Positions 37,622 through 50,105 of a stretch of 64,000 nucleotides of DNA are shown one piece after another. The stretch spans positions 11,128,847-11,192,846 of the forward strand of contig OZ199839.1 of assembly GCA_964304625.1 (NCBI GenBank). The letters run 5' to 3'. The position numbers were made by a program, and so were the translations under genes. Every line of letters begins with the position of its first letter. Positions within the stretch are counted from its first letter, which is position 1. This DNA comes from Kudoa neothunni. Its lineage: Eukaryota > Animalia > Cnidaria. The notes under the pieces were generated by a model. The model was not told where the DNA came from. It made no database searches and saw only the letters and a list, made by a program, of their open reading frames with translations.

Positions 37622-40600
37622 ATGGATAATGAAGCGGTTAGTCCACCTAAATTAGCCTCTGATCAAGAAGAAGGCGCGCTAGAATTAACTGAACAAGATA
37701 AAGATAATGAAAAGGGAGATTTAACGTAAGGGAACGTTTAATTGAAATTATCAAAAAATGGCGTATTTAGTGAGTTTTATTCCGAAATCATTGCGCCTCT
37801 AAGATCAAATGTAGTTACTAAACGGTAGAAAACGTTTTTATAAACATATCTTAATTCCCCCTATATGTAGAAGCGACTATTTCTCCCAGCGAAATTAATA
37901 ACAGTGGGGGTAAAATTTTTTCCAACCCAAATGGTAACTACTTGTTACTTATTTTCCTCGAATTGTGGGTGGAATTAGTGAAAAAAGTGGGATTACTATC
38001 CAAAAAAGGTTATTATCAAGAATCTACCATGGGTAAAAGGAGAGTGTGTCGGTTGACCTATGGTTAATGATCAATAGTGGACCTCTGATCAAGACATTGA
38101 AAAATGCAATAGCACAACTGGGAATACATGCATTGGTGAATATTACATTTAGAGAGAATAGAGCGAATGGTGTTTCAATGGGGTTATTTGCTAGGTTGTA
38201 TACTGGTTATATGGCGTGTTTTGTTTAGGGTTGCCACCATCGAAATCACCACAGAAGAAGGTTATAATCAGTTGGCCGAGCAGATTCAAAATGTGTAAGT
38301 TTGCTCTCATAGAACTAATATATCAATTGTTATTTGTTTTCATAAAATTTCTATGTATCTAGTGAATTTTATGGACATCCGGTTCAATTGGTACACCCAA
38401 CCGCTGCCATTCCACAGTTGATTCCAACTACTGTTAATATTGATCCTGTGATACCACCTACTCCGACAGTTCTACCAATAGCTGAGCCTATAACAGCTCC
38501 CATAGTTGCGCCAATTAATGCTCCCCTAACTACCGAGAATGGTAATAATATGGAATAATTGTGTATTCTAAGAATATTTATCTAGACCACAAAACAGTTA
38601 AAGTACATCAAGAATCTGCCACTCATCGTGATCGGTAAACACACTAATTTCAATACGATATTATTGGAAAAACAGCATTGGGATGCTTTTAGACCTTAAC
38701 AAATTTAGCCCGCCAAAAGATATCGCATCTTACTCTAAATACATTCGAACTTTGATTATATGGGAATCGCGCTATCTGGAAGATATTTTAAATTTTATTT
38801 GGATTTTATTGAAATTATGCGTCGATAAATGTTCGATTATCCGGAATCTCGGTGACCGGACCAACTATTTAATCATAATTCCGGCTAAAAAGTACCACCC
38901 ATCATCGAAAGACATATACAATGTATCATCATATATACCAATGCAATATTTTAAACGAAAATATTTTTGGATTAATTATTTATAAATTTTTTCTTCTAAA
39001 CCTTATGTTAAGCATTCTGTTCCCTATATAAATTTATATTATATCTGAACATATACTTGTGTGTATTTTAAATAAACATTAATTACCAATTATTTAGAAA
39101 AGTAGATTACTCCTCTGTATTAGCTGTAGACGTGTTTTCTACCTTAATTATGTATTGTTATTTCTTTAAGTCTCGATATTCTTAGTTAATATGTATGTCA
39201 ATATTTATTGAGTTAAATTGCAGAAGTTCAATTATTTTATTCGATAAATAGTCAGAATTGTTTATAAATCATATGTACGAGAGATCAACAAAGTACGACC
39301 CTTTAAAAAAATTGGATTACTTATGCGACACGTCCTAATTTGGGGTACGCCAGTAGAATTAATAGGGCCTCCCTGGAAGCAGTGCCAGGTTGTGCTTATG
39401 CCAAGACAAATTAGTACAATTTTATCATGTTATGCAAAATACACAAATAAATCAATATTATAATATAACAATATTAACCTTCCAGATAAAATTATTAAAT
39501 GAAAAATGTGATAGATTTCTATCCCAAGCAAATTTTGTCCACAATATTATAGCGTATTAATAGAAACATAACTCCTGTCCAATTGTTGTAATCTTTATAA
39601 AAGCTTTCAGAAAAATGAATTGAATTTTTTTTGTCTTTACCACAAAAGTTAATGTAAAAACACCTTCCAGATAAAATTGGGTAGAAATCTACCCCACATT
39701 TTTCCTTCATATAATTATTCAAAATATTGTTAAATATCATTTTTAAAAATATACGGAAATTCTATCGAGTAAATTTTGAATAAATAACGAAGCGCCGTAC
39801 ATGTGATGTCCATACGCAAAATAAATATAAGCATGTCGCCCTCTCCTGAATAGAACGATAACTCCTTATTCTCACATTATTCACATAATAGTTATTAAAA
39901 ATATGGTGGTTCTTGCTTAGTTCTGCGTTGCAGAGAGTATTCAACAAAGTATATGATATAATTGTTCAACAGTTTGACAATTTTTATGTTTTTCTGCGCA
40001 GTATTACACTGCGTTGTCTAAAATGGTATAAATTGATTGGCAGCAGTTATGAACTTGAATTAAATATTAAAGCTAAAAACCCACAAATACACCTATAAAT
40101 ACAATCATACTCCAAAGAAACGTACCAACATTAAAGTGCGCGCAGATTATAACTTTTATAATTGGTCATTTATTCAGAATTTACTCGATCAATTTTCCTC
40201 ATATTTTGTCAGTCAATGCTGACTTTTATTTGTAATGTGTAAATTTTTCAGCTACTTAATAGGTTGAATAAAAAAACAATTATGTTTATACGAAAATTTT
40301 ATTTCTTTTTGTACCATCTGAGTATGTGGTGCATACTCAGATGGTACATGCCTGATTTATTTGGTATCTCGCAAGGAAAACCCTTTATCAAACATGAATC
40401 AATTCCATGTTTAACACTCAAAAAAATTTATAATTTTGGTTTAATTTTTGATTGCTTTTCGAACAAAAAAAAATTTAATCCGGTCCTTGAAACTTATGAA
40501 AATCAAAAATTTGACCCGCCAGCTAAAAACTTTGGTGCCCCCCTATCCTAAACAACATATGCGCAGACGCAAAATTATATTTAGTCAAAACAATTCTTGC

Positions 40601-41061
40601 TCAAAAGTCGAATACAGATTTTATTTTTTATAATCTATTGTATATCATTCTCTTATACATTCCTCACTCACATAGTTCCGAACCACTTAACTGTAATCAA
40701 AACTATTTTCTATGGATTAAATTTTGTTCACACCAATAAATACTTATATATTATCTTCTACAAATTTCTAAATATATTAAATATAAATTAAATTTTAATA
40801 ATGTTAATCCTTTAATAAAATTGTGATATTTTCCCCAATGTGGTTTTATCGTTTTATTGAATGTTAGTTTATTGTATTATTTTTTATATTTTTGTGAATA
40901 GAAGAGATCATGATTCAGAAAGAAAAGAAAAATCCCGCAGTTATCGCCGTTCCCACAGACACAGCTCTTCCAGTAGAGGTAGAAGTCGATCTCGTGAGAG
41001 AAGAAAGCGAAAGCAACAATCCTCCAAGGTTTCAAAGAGTCATTATCGTTCTCATCGTTAG
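37622..41061 (+). CDS. CPSF6: Cleavage factor Im large subunit (CPSF6/CPSF7 family): RRM, short Pro-rich segment, RS tail; three apparent +1 frameshifts; ~2.3 kb last intron
   Basis: IIKNLPW|WTSDQDIENAIAQLG...ITFRENRANGVSMG matches the CFIm68 RRM (GNLTWWTTD...FFENRANGQSKG); last exon ...SRGRSRSRERRKR. Confidence 0.85.
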
Positions 41062-41231
41062 TAGAGAATTACATTGACAGCATTGTAATTTTATGTACCT
41101 CCTCATTGATTCGATTGTCAATGGATTTTGTTTTTACAGCGCGAATCATCCCAGCCACACAAGCATATATAGCATCTGATTTGAGTGGTTGTGGAGCACA
41201 TTTAATATTAAGAACAGGAGGGCGTTGTAAA

Positions 41232-42203
41232 ATGAAGATCTTTTTTAAGATAATAGGTTATGTGTTATTGATGTTAGCATATATAGCAATGCTGTATATG
41301 GAGGTGACTTTTGTGTACGAGTTGCAACCATCTACTCGATGGGTTCACGCCAACAATACACTCAATAAAACAATCGTCGATCACCCCACTCTCTACAATC
41401 AAGTGTCATTTTCTCTGTGGTTTATAGTTGGAATAATATCGCTACAATCGATCTGGATTTTCTACTTCTACATAACAATAGTGTTTAAGAAACGCGCAAT
41501 AATTCCTTTGTTTGTTGTGTTCGCCCAATTTCTCGCTTATATATGCAACATCTTGTGGGTGTATTTTGTGGCGAGAAAATATTTCACCACAGCTTTGGTT
41601 ATGTCAGCAATGGAGTTGGTGTTGGTGACGTTAGCTACGCTCAGCGTGAGTGTTGCAGTTGGCAGTGAGAATGATTTGGTAAGTTTCACGCGGATAAAAT
41701 TAGCATGCGACCTCAATAATAATTCATCACTTTAATCTCAATGTTGTTTGATATAGTGTTCGAAATATCGAATCAATATCCTTCGATTTTTGTTTCTGCC
41801 GTTGCTAGCAATTTACGCCACCTACACTTTTCATAAAGTGGTCTGTGACACAGCCTACAGTACTATGTTGTATGTGGCAATCGACAGACAATCGTTGATA
41901 TCATTGATCCCTGCTATTGTGTTGGTGTCATGGTTCGCGTTGTTTATCGTAGTGGATTGTTACTTTTTTCAGCGGGCTCTACTTTTCAATGTAATTCCCT
42001 ATGGATTATTGGTGGCCGTGTTCTCCAATATTCTCCACAATGTATCAAGGATCTATTTAAAAGCTTCAATCGAGTGGTGTATCACTGTTCTCATTCTAAA
42101 TGTGATTGTGATTGGATGTGTCGTCAAAATTATAAGTTTTATCCGTGCCATATATAATCACCTAAACAGTGGTGGTCGTCCACAAATGCGGGTTCTTGTT
42201 TAG
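41232..42203 (+). CDS. Uncharacterised ~8-TM membrane protein, TspO/MBR-like (2 coding exons, intron ~41679-41756)
   Basis: Successive hydrophobic segments; HPTLYNQVSFSLWFIVGII and CNILWVYF resemble invertebrate TspO-like multipass families. Confidence 0.7.
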
Positions 42204-42433
42204 TTATAACTAACTTAACTTAACTTATAACTGGGCCAGTTCAATTGATAGCAAGCGCAAACTTCCACATTAATCATTATTAATCACATCAAAATATGAT
42301 TACATTTTGCGTAACGCATCAAAAATGCAAAAAAATTTAATACACGTAGATTAATCAAGTAAAATAACAATAAGTAAATGATTAAAAAATGGGATAAATA
42401 AACATGTTCGTCAAATCAACAACCGAACTTGTA

Positions 42434-43487
42434 TCAATTCCTCTCTCCAATCCAGGCTTTGTTTGACTACACATGAGATTATTCACACAATATTTCATTT
42501 AAGTAAAGTCACCATGACAATTGCTGTTATCACTCCAAATAGACCAGTAGCACTAGCAAATATAATCACTACCAGAATCTAATTGAATCAAACAAATGTC
42601 AGATAATCCATGGTATATTAGTATTGGTTGTGTGAGGTCACTTTGATGAATAGTGTCGAATTTTTGGCATCGGCAATAGCTGCTGAACTTCCGACTATAC
42701 CAACCGAAATTCCACAAAATAGATTGGTAAATCCCGCCACAATCCCAGAGTTAAAAATCAAAAATCCTGAAACAAGATTCCTATATCTATATTGAGGATC
42801 ATTTTCATAACGATTCCAATCCATTTTCTACGACCAAAAATTCATAAATAAATGCATACACACACACAGTTTGTGCTAACTCTTATTTTGGTGTTCAACA
42901 AAATAGCCACGATAATTCCATAGATAGCAACCGCCTCACAGAAAATAATACTACAGCAGTTAATGAGAATAATGTTGGTGGGACGTATTTGATTAGAGAT
43001 TGATTACCTTATCAAATTTTTGGTTCGAATTCGAGGTGCTATCACTCCCCCACCCACAATACTTGATCCAATCATATACATACCCCTAAAAGGTGGTGTG
43101 TTGTTGATCGATTGGATTCCTCAAAAAATACAACCATACCATGCGGCCCCTGTAATCGATAATGAGACCGATAAACCCACTCCAATCGTTGCAAACAGCG
43201 TTGGACTAGCATTATTCAAATACCTGGTGATTGAAATTGTTTTTAAACACCAAAATTTGTTCACATATAAGAGTGAAAATTAAAAAAAAACACATACCAC
43301 ACAAAATCAACTCTTGACCCCTTTCCAATAATCATATGGATCACTCCTACAAAATGAAACTTTAAAATCACATTGAACAGACCAAAAATCCAATTGTTAA
43401 TCTACCTATCGATACAAACAAAAGTAACACACCAAAGATCACAGAGTATGTTGTGTTTCTCATTGAAAATTTCATTGGGGGTGACAT
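42434..43487 (-). CDS. ATP6V0B: V-type H+-ATPase 21 kDa proteolipid subunit c''
   Basis: [71 protein letters not shown]; clean spliced frame. Confidence 0.95.
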
Positions 43488-43870
43488 TGTCTGATTATTT
43501 GAAATGCGCTTGCGCGTATACACTATATCGTGTTAATATTCACTACCAACCCAAAAGGGAGATGCAAATGAATACCGATTTTAGCCATTAGTTTACGGCG
43601 CAGGAGCTATCAACCTTCGAGAGATATTTGCAAAAGTGTATTACGCTTGCGCATATTAAATCTTGTACGTTAATGTTGGGGGTATATTCGGAATAGTTTC
43701 CAATTGATATCACTCTAGAGGGAAGATATTAAATTTAAGCTTGTTAAGCTAGGCGTTCATACACCATTTGGGTAACAATGAAGTAGACAACAATTTATAA
43801 ATCGCCATGATGACGAAGATACACGAAAGATTCACGTTCTTCATTCGTACCCAGTCGAACACGTTTAGCA
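43488..43870. promoter_or_regulatory. Bidirectional promoter region between ATP6V0B and RPL37
   Basis: Divergent start codons ~380 bp apart; TGCGCTTGCGCG (43505) and ACGCTTGCGCA (43643) resemble NRF1 sites. Confidence 0.65.
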
Positions 43871-44269
43871 ATGGTAAGTCTTGGAGGAAGTTGTTCTATA
43901 TATTTCTATCACAAATGCACGTTTAGGTTAAAGGAAAAGGAACCCAAAGCTTCGGTAAACGACACACCAAAAGTCACACATCTTGCCGTAGATGCGGTAA
44001 ATGCTCATTTCACATTCAAAAATCCAGATGCGCTTCCTGTGCCTACCCTGCTGCGAAAACTAGAAGCTGTATGCGTGTTTTCAAGTTGTATCTGGTTGTT
44101 ATGTGTTTTAGATAACTGGAGCACAAAATCCAAACGCAGAAGAACCACCGGCACCGGACGTATGAGACATCTAAGAGATGTACAGAAACGATTCAAGGGC
44201 GGGTTCCAAGAAGGCCACCAATCTGTTTCAATTAGAAAATTCACCAAACGATCCAATAAAGCTGAGTAA
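43871..44269 (+). CDS. RPL37: 60S ribosomal protein L37 (ATG alone in exon 1; introns 43874-43927 and 44069-44111)
   Basis: [69 protein letters not shown]. Confidence 0.98.
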   Translation: MVSLGGSCSIYFYHKCTFRLKEKEPKASVNDTPKVTHLAVDAVNAHFTFKNPDALPVPTLLRKLEAVCVFSSCIWLLCVLDNWSTKSKRRRTTGTGRMRHLRDVQKRFKGGFQEGHQSVSIRKFTKRSNKAE

Positions 44270-44629
44270 CTGTGCGTGCGTGTTTTCAAGTTACATTTTC
44301 AACTGAGCTCTGCTGTATGGTTTATCTGTTGAGAGATGTGTTAGGATTACTTGTTTGTCTTTGTTGGCGTGATTCCATTTGAATTGTTTTAATCAATTTC
44401 AGTTAAATTTTCCACAGTTTATATAGTTGTTAATATCTGTCTAATTGTTTCTTTTTGTCCGCTCTAATGTGTCACACTGTGAGTAATTTCGATACTCAGG
44501 CGTTAGGTTAGACTAGTGAGGTGCAGAGTATGACTTTCGATGAGCTATTTTTGACGCAAGATCAATGATGGGGGTTGATGATTACCAGCGATTATTTAGT
44601 AATATAGTTTTCGATTTAATCGTCTAAGT

Positions 44630-44712
44630 ATGGGATTCTCAACCGGGGGAAAAATCTGAATGATGGGAGGAAATTAAATAACATCAAAATTAGATAGAGG
44701 GAATTTTTGTAT
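44630..44712 (+). mobile_element. hAT MITE 5' fragment
   Basis: GGGATTCTCAACCGGGG...AACATCAAAATTAGATAGAGGGAATTTTTG. Confidence 0.65.
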
Positions 44713-45002
44713 TATTCTGTGTTTCTAAAAAAATGGAATGTATTTAACGTGTAATATTGAATTTTTCAGTTTATTGGTGTAATAAATTATTTGTATACAT
44801 ATTTATATTCACAATTGATTCTATTTTCGATGGAATTTTGAGGTTTAAAAATCCAAAAATGGTAATATTTTAATGTTAACTTTTAATAAAGACTGTTTTA
44901 TGATATTAAAGCTTTATCGTTATTATTTAATTGCTACTTATGAGGCCTTAATTCATTTATCCGTGGCAAGTTTTGTCTTTTGGTAGCTGAAATCCCTATT
45001 AA

Positions 45003-46757
45003 CCCTTAAACACTAAACACGAGCCCACTTCCGAATAAAACTCGCTTTAAATTACACAATTTTGACCATTTTTAATCCCAAATGTTAACATGATTTTCCC
45101 AGCACATTGTATTGTCCAGCAATAATAGCTTCTTCTGATGCAGAAAGTATATCTTCAGGTGAAATTGAAAAGTTACTGCAGATAGAAAGAGAACCTAAAT
45201 TTTGTAATGCTGAATTATTGAGTAATTTCAATTTTGAAGGATTTTGCATTATATTTCTATTCATAGATGATATTGACACTACAAACGAATGCACCCTAAT
45301 GGATGAAAATCATATAAGTTCCACTTCTTATATTTCAAAAGACAAATCTTTAGTCTGGTCTCCAAAATCCAGACCTGGAAGAACTGCCAATCTAAATATT
45401 ATCAATAATTACCTAGAGGAAGGAAAACCTATTGAAACATTGGACACAACAACCATATCGAGCTCATTTTCACATTTTATAAGAGACGAGATGCTCGAAG
45501 AAATTTTACTGTTCACAAACCGTAAAGGTTCTGAAAAATATAATGATTCAAGGAAGACCATTATTTCGTGCCACTATGAGTGAAATGAGATTTCAAATAA
45601 TCTTAAATTGCTTGCGCTTTGATGAATATTGGAAGCGTAATAAGTTCCCAAATTCAGTTGATAAATTTTCCCCCGTCAGGAAATTGTTTGGAAATTTTTC
45701 GGAAATCTGTAGGAATAGTTATATCCCTGGACCTAATTTGACCGTAGATGAACAACTATATCCGTTCCGAGGGCGTGTATCATTTCTTGTTTAATTGTCA
45801 AAAAAACCATCCAAATATGGGCTAAAATTTTGGGTCGTATGTGATAGTCGAACACGTTATGTATCCAACGTTTTACCTTACTTGGATAGAATTGATGAGT
45901 GCCGTGAAACAAATCTAAGTTTTAAAGTTGTAATTGATTTGACTCAACATTTGTTCGACTCGGGAAGAACTATTACATGTGATAACTATTTCACTTCCTA
46001 GAAGCTAGCCCTATATCTACGAGAAAGAAAAACGTCCATTCTTGGTACGGTACGCAAATGTCGAACATTTATTCCACCCGAATTTCAACCAAATAACTCT
46101 CGGAAGATATTTTCATCCTTATTTAGTTTCTATAAGTCATTTACCCTAATTTCTTATGTACCAAGGAAAAACAAGGCTGTAATAATTCTTTCTTCGGAGC
46201 ATCGTACTCCAAGTATTAGTTCAGAGTACCATCGTAAACCAACAGCAATCTTGGATTATTATAATGTACAGAAATGTGGCGTTGACACTTTGGATCAATG
46301 TATTTCCATTTACACATGTAAAAGAAAATGTAGACGGTGGCCATTCGCAGTATTTTGTCAAATACTTGATATAGCTGCGTTCAATGCATTTGTTGTATTT
46401 ATTCATGGCAATCCCCATTATTATGACACAAACAAGTCAAATCGTCGCCAACAATTTCTCATGGATTTGTCCATGTCATTAATTAAGCCCGAGCAGGAAA
46501 AAAGATATAAAATTGCGTTTGTTTCTAACCAGCCTGCTGTTAAAAGAACAATTGAAATAGTTGGTTTCGAATTTAACAAAGAAAGTGATCCTCCAGTGGA
46601 AAACCAAGAAAATAACCAAAGAAAGCGATGCTGTTTGTGTCCTACCAGTATCGTACGTCGAAGCAAGCAAGCCTGTCACTTTTGTGATCGAAGTGTTTGT
46701 AATGAACATTCAAAGAAAAACATTATTTGTTTAAACTGTGACTCACAACAAAAATAA
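45003..46757 (+). mobile_element. piggyBac element with pseudogenised transposase
   Basis: TTAA-CCCTT left end; RATMS, TVDEQL, KPSKYGLKFW, TCDNYFTS, GVDTLDQ, RRWP; C-terminal Cys-rich finger; stops at ~45792 and ~45999 plus an internal deletion/frameshift near 45545; right end not found. Confidence 0.92.
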
Positions 46758-47877
46758 TCTAAACATATTTCTTGTCTATGATTTTTTATTGAATGCTACG
46801 TGAATATTTATAACGGTTGGAACATATGGTAGAAGTGAATTTAAAATAAATAATTATTAATTTTGCTAACTAAATTAATTGGAATGTTGATTAACATACA
46901 AATAAATTAAAGCTCACAACGAATAAATACATTTTAATGATAGGAAACAATATAATAATTCCCGCTAAGTTTTTCTGTTATGCGTAATACTAAAGTTTAT
47001 CATACCGCCTTTAACTATTCTATTTTTGTTCACGGGTAAAATCAACAGAAGACACCCAATTCTCATTATCAGAAATTAAATTGTAACGCGAACGAGAAGG
47101 CAGAATTCATGGATAACAATAATGAGGGTATTACGACTACTAATTATCTATGATGACGTCACACATATTTTCAACTATATTAAATTATAATTAGTTCGGA
47201 GATTAATCACGAATTTTTTAATCAAATTAGTGTGATATTGTCAGACCATTTAATGGTGGTAATGTCCGAATTTCACTCAATAAATTATTTTTGACGTTAA
47301 CGTTATGCACTTGCTACAATTAGTTAGCTGTCGCTTATATAAAATATGAAATTCTTATTCTTATAGAAAAGTGATTGATACAGTAGAGAATCGCTAAGGT
47401 TATATTGTGATAATCCATCAAAATCAGAGTTTTTCGAATTCATTTTTAAAACTTAGTCCTTCTGTTAATGTATTGAGAGGTAGGTGTATTCTAGGCCAAT
47501 CTTATAAATAAATAATGATTAAACTATCATATTCACCAGCAATTTTTAACGAAGAATTAACATAAAATTTATGTGAAGGAGGAAATACAAAATAGCCCGT
47601 GTCGAAGAGGGATAATATGGATCCGTAATAATAGCTAGTGTCTTATTTTAACCTGAACGATAAGGGATTATTCCCGTATGATTAATCTGGGTTTTAAAAC
47701 TCGTAGACATTCCATAAAAAGATCGAGTTTTTATCAATTATAGAACGAATTCAAATCGTGAAAATGGTAATACAGAATTATGATTTGTTTCTTAATCTTT
47801 ATAACTGGTTTAATCTTATTGAGCATCTTTTTAAAAAGAAGGTTTTAAAGTATTAAAAAATCGGAATCCGTGTGGCA

Positions 47878-48945
47878 ATGGCATGGATGACGAGAAAAAA
47901 AATATTTCAAATATTTTTTGTTCTATTCATCATAATTGTTCTTTACAAAATAATTATCATCCGTTTTGAGGAGGAAAATGCATCTCCAATAAATTCTAAA
48001 CATACCTACCTTTGGGAAACAAAATATATATATTCTCATTGTATGGAAATGATATCAGATCCCAAATCCGAAAATCCCTCTTCTGTAATAGTGGAAAATC
48101 CTGAGGTGATAGTTATAGTTCATTCGAAAGCGGATGACTATGAATCAAGATGTGCAATTCGTGCTGTATGGTCACATCATTCACCAAAAAAATTATCCTA
48201 TATAATGTCTTACGTGGTTTACTTTCAAATTGGATACAAAAACAACGAAACGCTGGTTCTAAACGAACACGAAAATCGACTCTACCATGATCTTTTCATC
48301 CACAATAACATAAAAGAGATATACTCGAATCTTGCACCTAAAGTAATAGCATCCCTTAAGAGAATACAAAAAATCCGAAGTTCTTCATTGAAGTATATAG
48401 TCAAGACGGATGATGATACTTATGTTGAAATGAAAAAATATCTGACGCATTTGAAAGCTATACTCAACGTTAATGTAGATTATGAAGGATTACTGTAATT
48501 TTCTATAATTAAATAATCCACTTTTTAAGTATTCTAAGAGATATTAATTAATTCAATAAATAGATTTACAACGATGCGTGTTATAAGGGACAAACGGCAC
48601 AAAAACTATGAACCACCAAACGCTGGTTTAAACAATATTTTCCCGCCATATTGTTCCGGTGTAGGATACGTGCTGAGATCAACTAAATTGGATTGTCTAG
48701 TTTCGGCAGCCAAAACTCACATAAATCTACGAAATGGTGATGCTAATATTGGTTATCTTTTGCAATCTTGTAACGCAACCATGAAAAATAACGATGACTA
48801 CACCTACAAATCGATCTACAATCGCAATTTGGCAACTGGAATTGATTTGGTTAAAAATGCGACTTCATTTTTTTTTATGCAAAGAATTAAGAAATACGAC
48901 CAAGTTATATTGGACGAATTTTTATTCCATCAAAACGGTTATTAA
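47878..48945 (+). CDS. GT31 beta-1,3-glycosyltransferase (B3GALT-like), paralog B (intron ~48495-48563)
   Basis: TM anchor; SRCAIRAVW; YIVKTDDDTYV; FPPYCSGVGYV; NGDANIG. Confidence 0.9.
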
Positions 48946-50105
48946 GTTAAGTTTTATGCAATTGTAAATTAAACGAAAACCCATTTTTTATGCCGGATTT
49001 TGATACGCGTTATTAATATTTTATAATTCCCATTTTTTCAATAAATTAAAATACGATATCATTTATTATAGTATTAAATATATTTGTAACTAACGCTAAC
49101 GCCCAGCTTTGGCTGGTACTGTGATGGAAAATTTTAACTTTTATTTTTGAATTTTTTAACTTGACATTATTTTTTCAATGTGGTGATTTAGATACATGAA
49201 ATTATGTACACATATTCCATTCAAGTATAAATAGAGGTATTGAGAGAAATTAATGAGTATTTTTAAGTTCATTTATTTATTAAACACAATCATTAAGTAA
49301 CTTGAATAGGACTTCCAGTTCTTTTCAACATTTTGCAATGCAAATTAATCCTTCTAGTTATTAAATTTATTATTAATCTACAAACGATAAAAAAATCGAC
49401 CTAAGATGCGTCAGAAATAAAAATATTAACTGTTACTCCTTTTTTGCAGTTTTATAAAAGATGTTAATGAAGATTTAATAAGCTGTGAGTGATAAAAAAT
49501 GTATTCACTATTTTAACAAAAATATATAAATTAAATTATCAAAATACGATTAAACCTAAAATGTAAAGGTGTTTTCGGTTTGACAAATTATAGTGATGCT
49601 TAAATATCAACTGGTTTTCTCGAAGGAATGCATCCTTTTAAAAATAAACGTACTTTTTGAATGCCCTACAAAAATTTCTTTTTATTTAACTATTCTTAAA
49701 TTAACGAAAACTTTGTGAAAATATCGGTTAGATCGAATAGACCAATCATTTCGTATTAACTTACATGACACGTATTGAGAAGAGACTGTATTTTGTGCGA
49801 AAGTAATCGTGAATATAAATTCTTAAACTACGCATAGAACGAGGTGTCGCATATTTTCATACAACTATTATATCATAATGAATTAGTTTTAGCGAAAAGT
49901 AAATTACATATTGATTTGAGTATTAACCTTAAGGTCTAGGAGTAAGAAGTAATTAGGTTATTACGAATTTAAACATTATTTAAAAAATTATCTAACCAAA
50001 TATAGAAACTTATCGAAAAAACGAATATAGTTTCAGTATCAATCGATATATTTGATAACAAGAAATTTTCACATCTCAGGAATTCCAATGGAGCATAATT
50101 TTCAT

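Noticed and set aside
32495-38228. Calling GT31-A, the Kunitz gene, CPSF6 (and NAPRT, SMG5, SLC25A15) pseudogenes
   Set aside because: The lesions are single-base homopolymer indels; motifs and splice sites are preserved, unlike the stop-riddled transposases.
43795-43860. C/D-box snoRNA candidate (ATGATGA) upstream of RPL37
   Set aside because: No matching CTGA D box or terminal stem.
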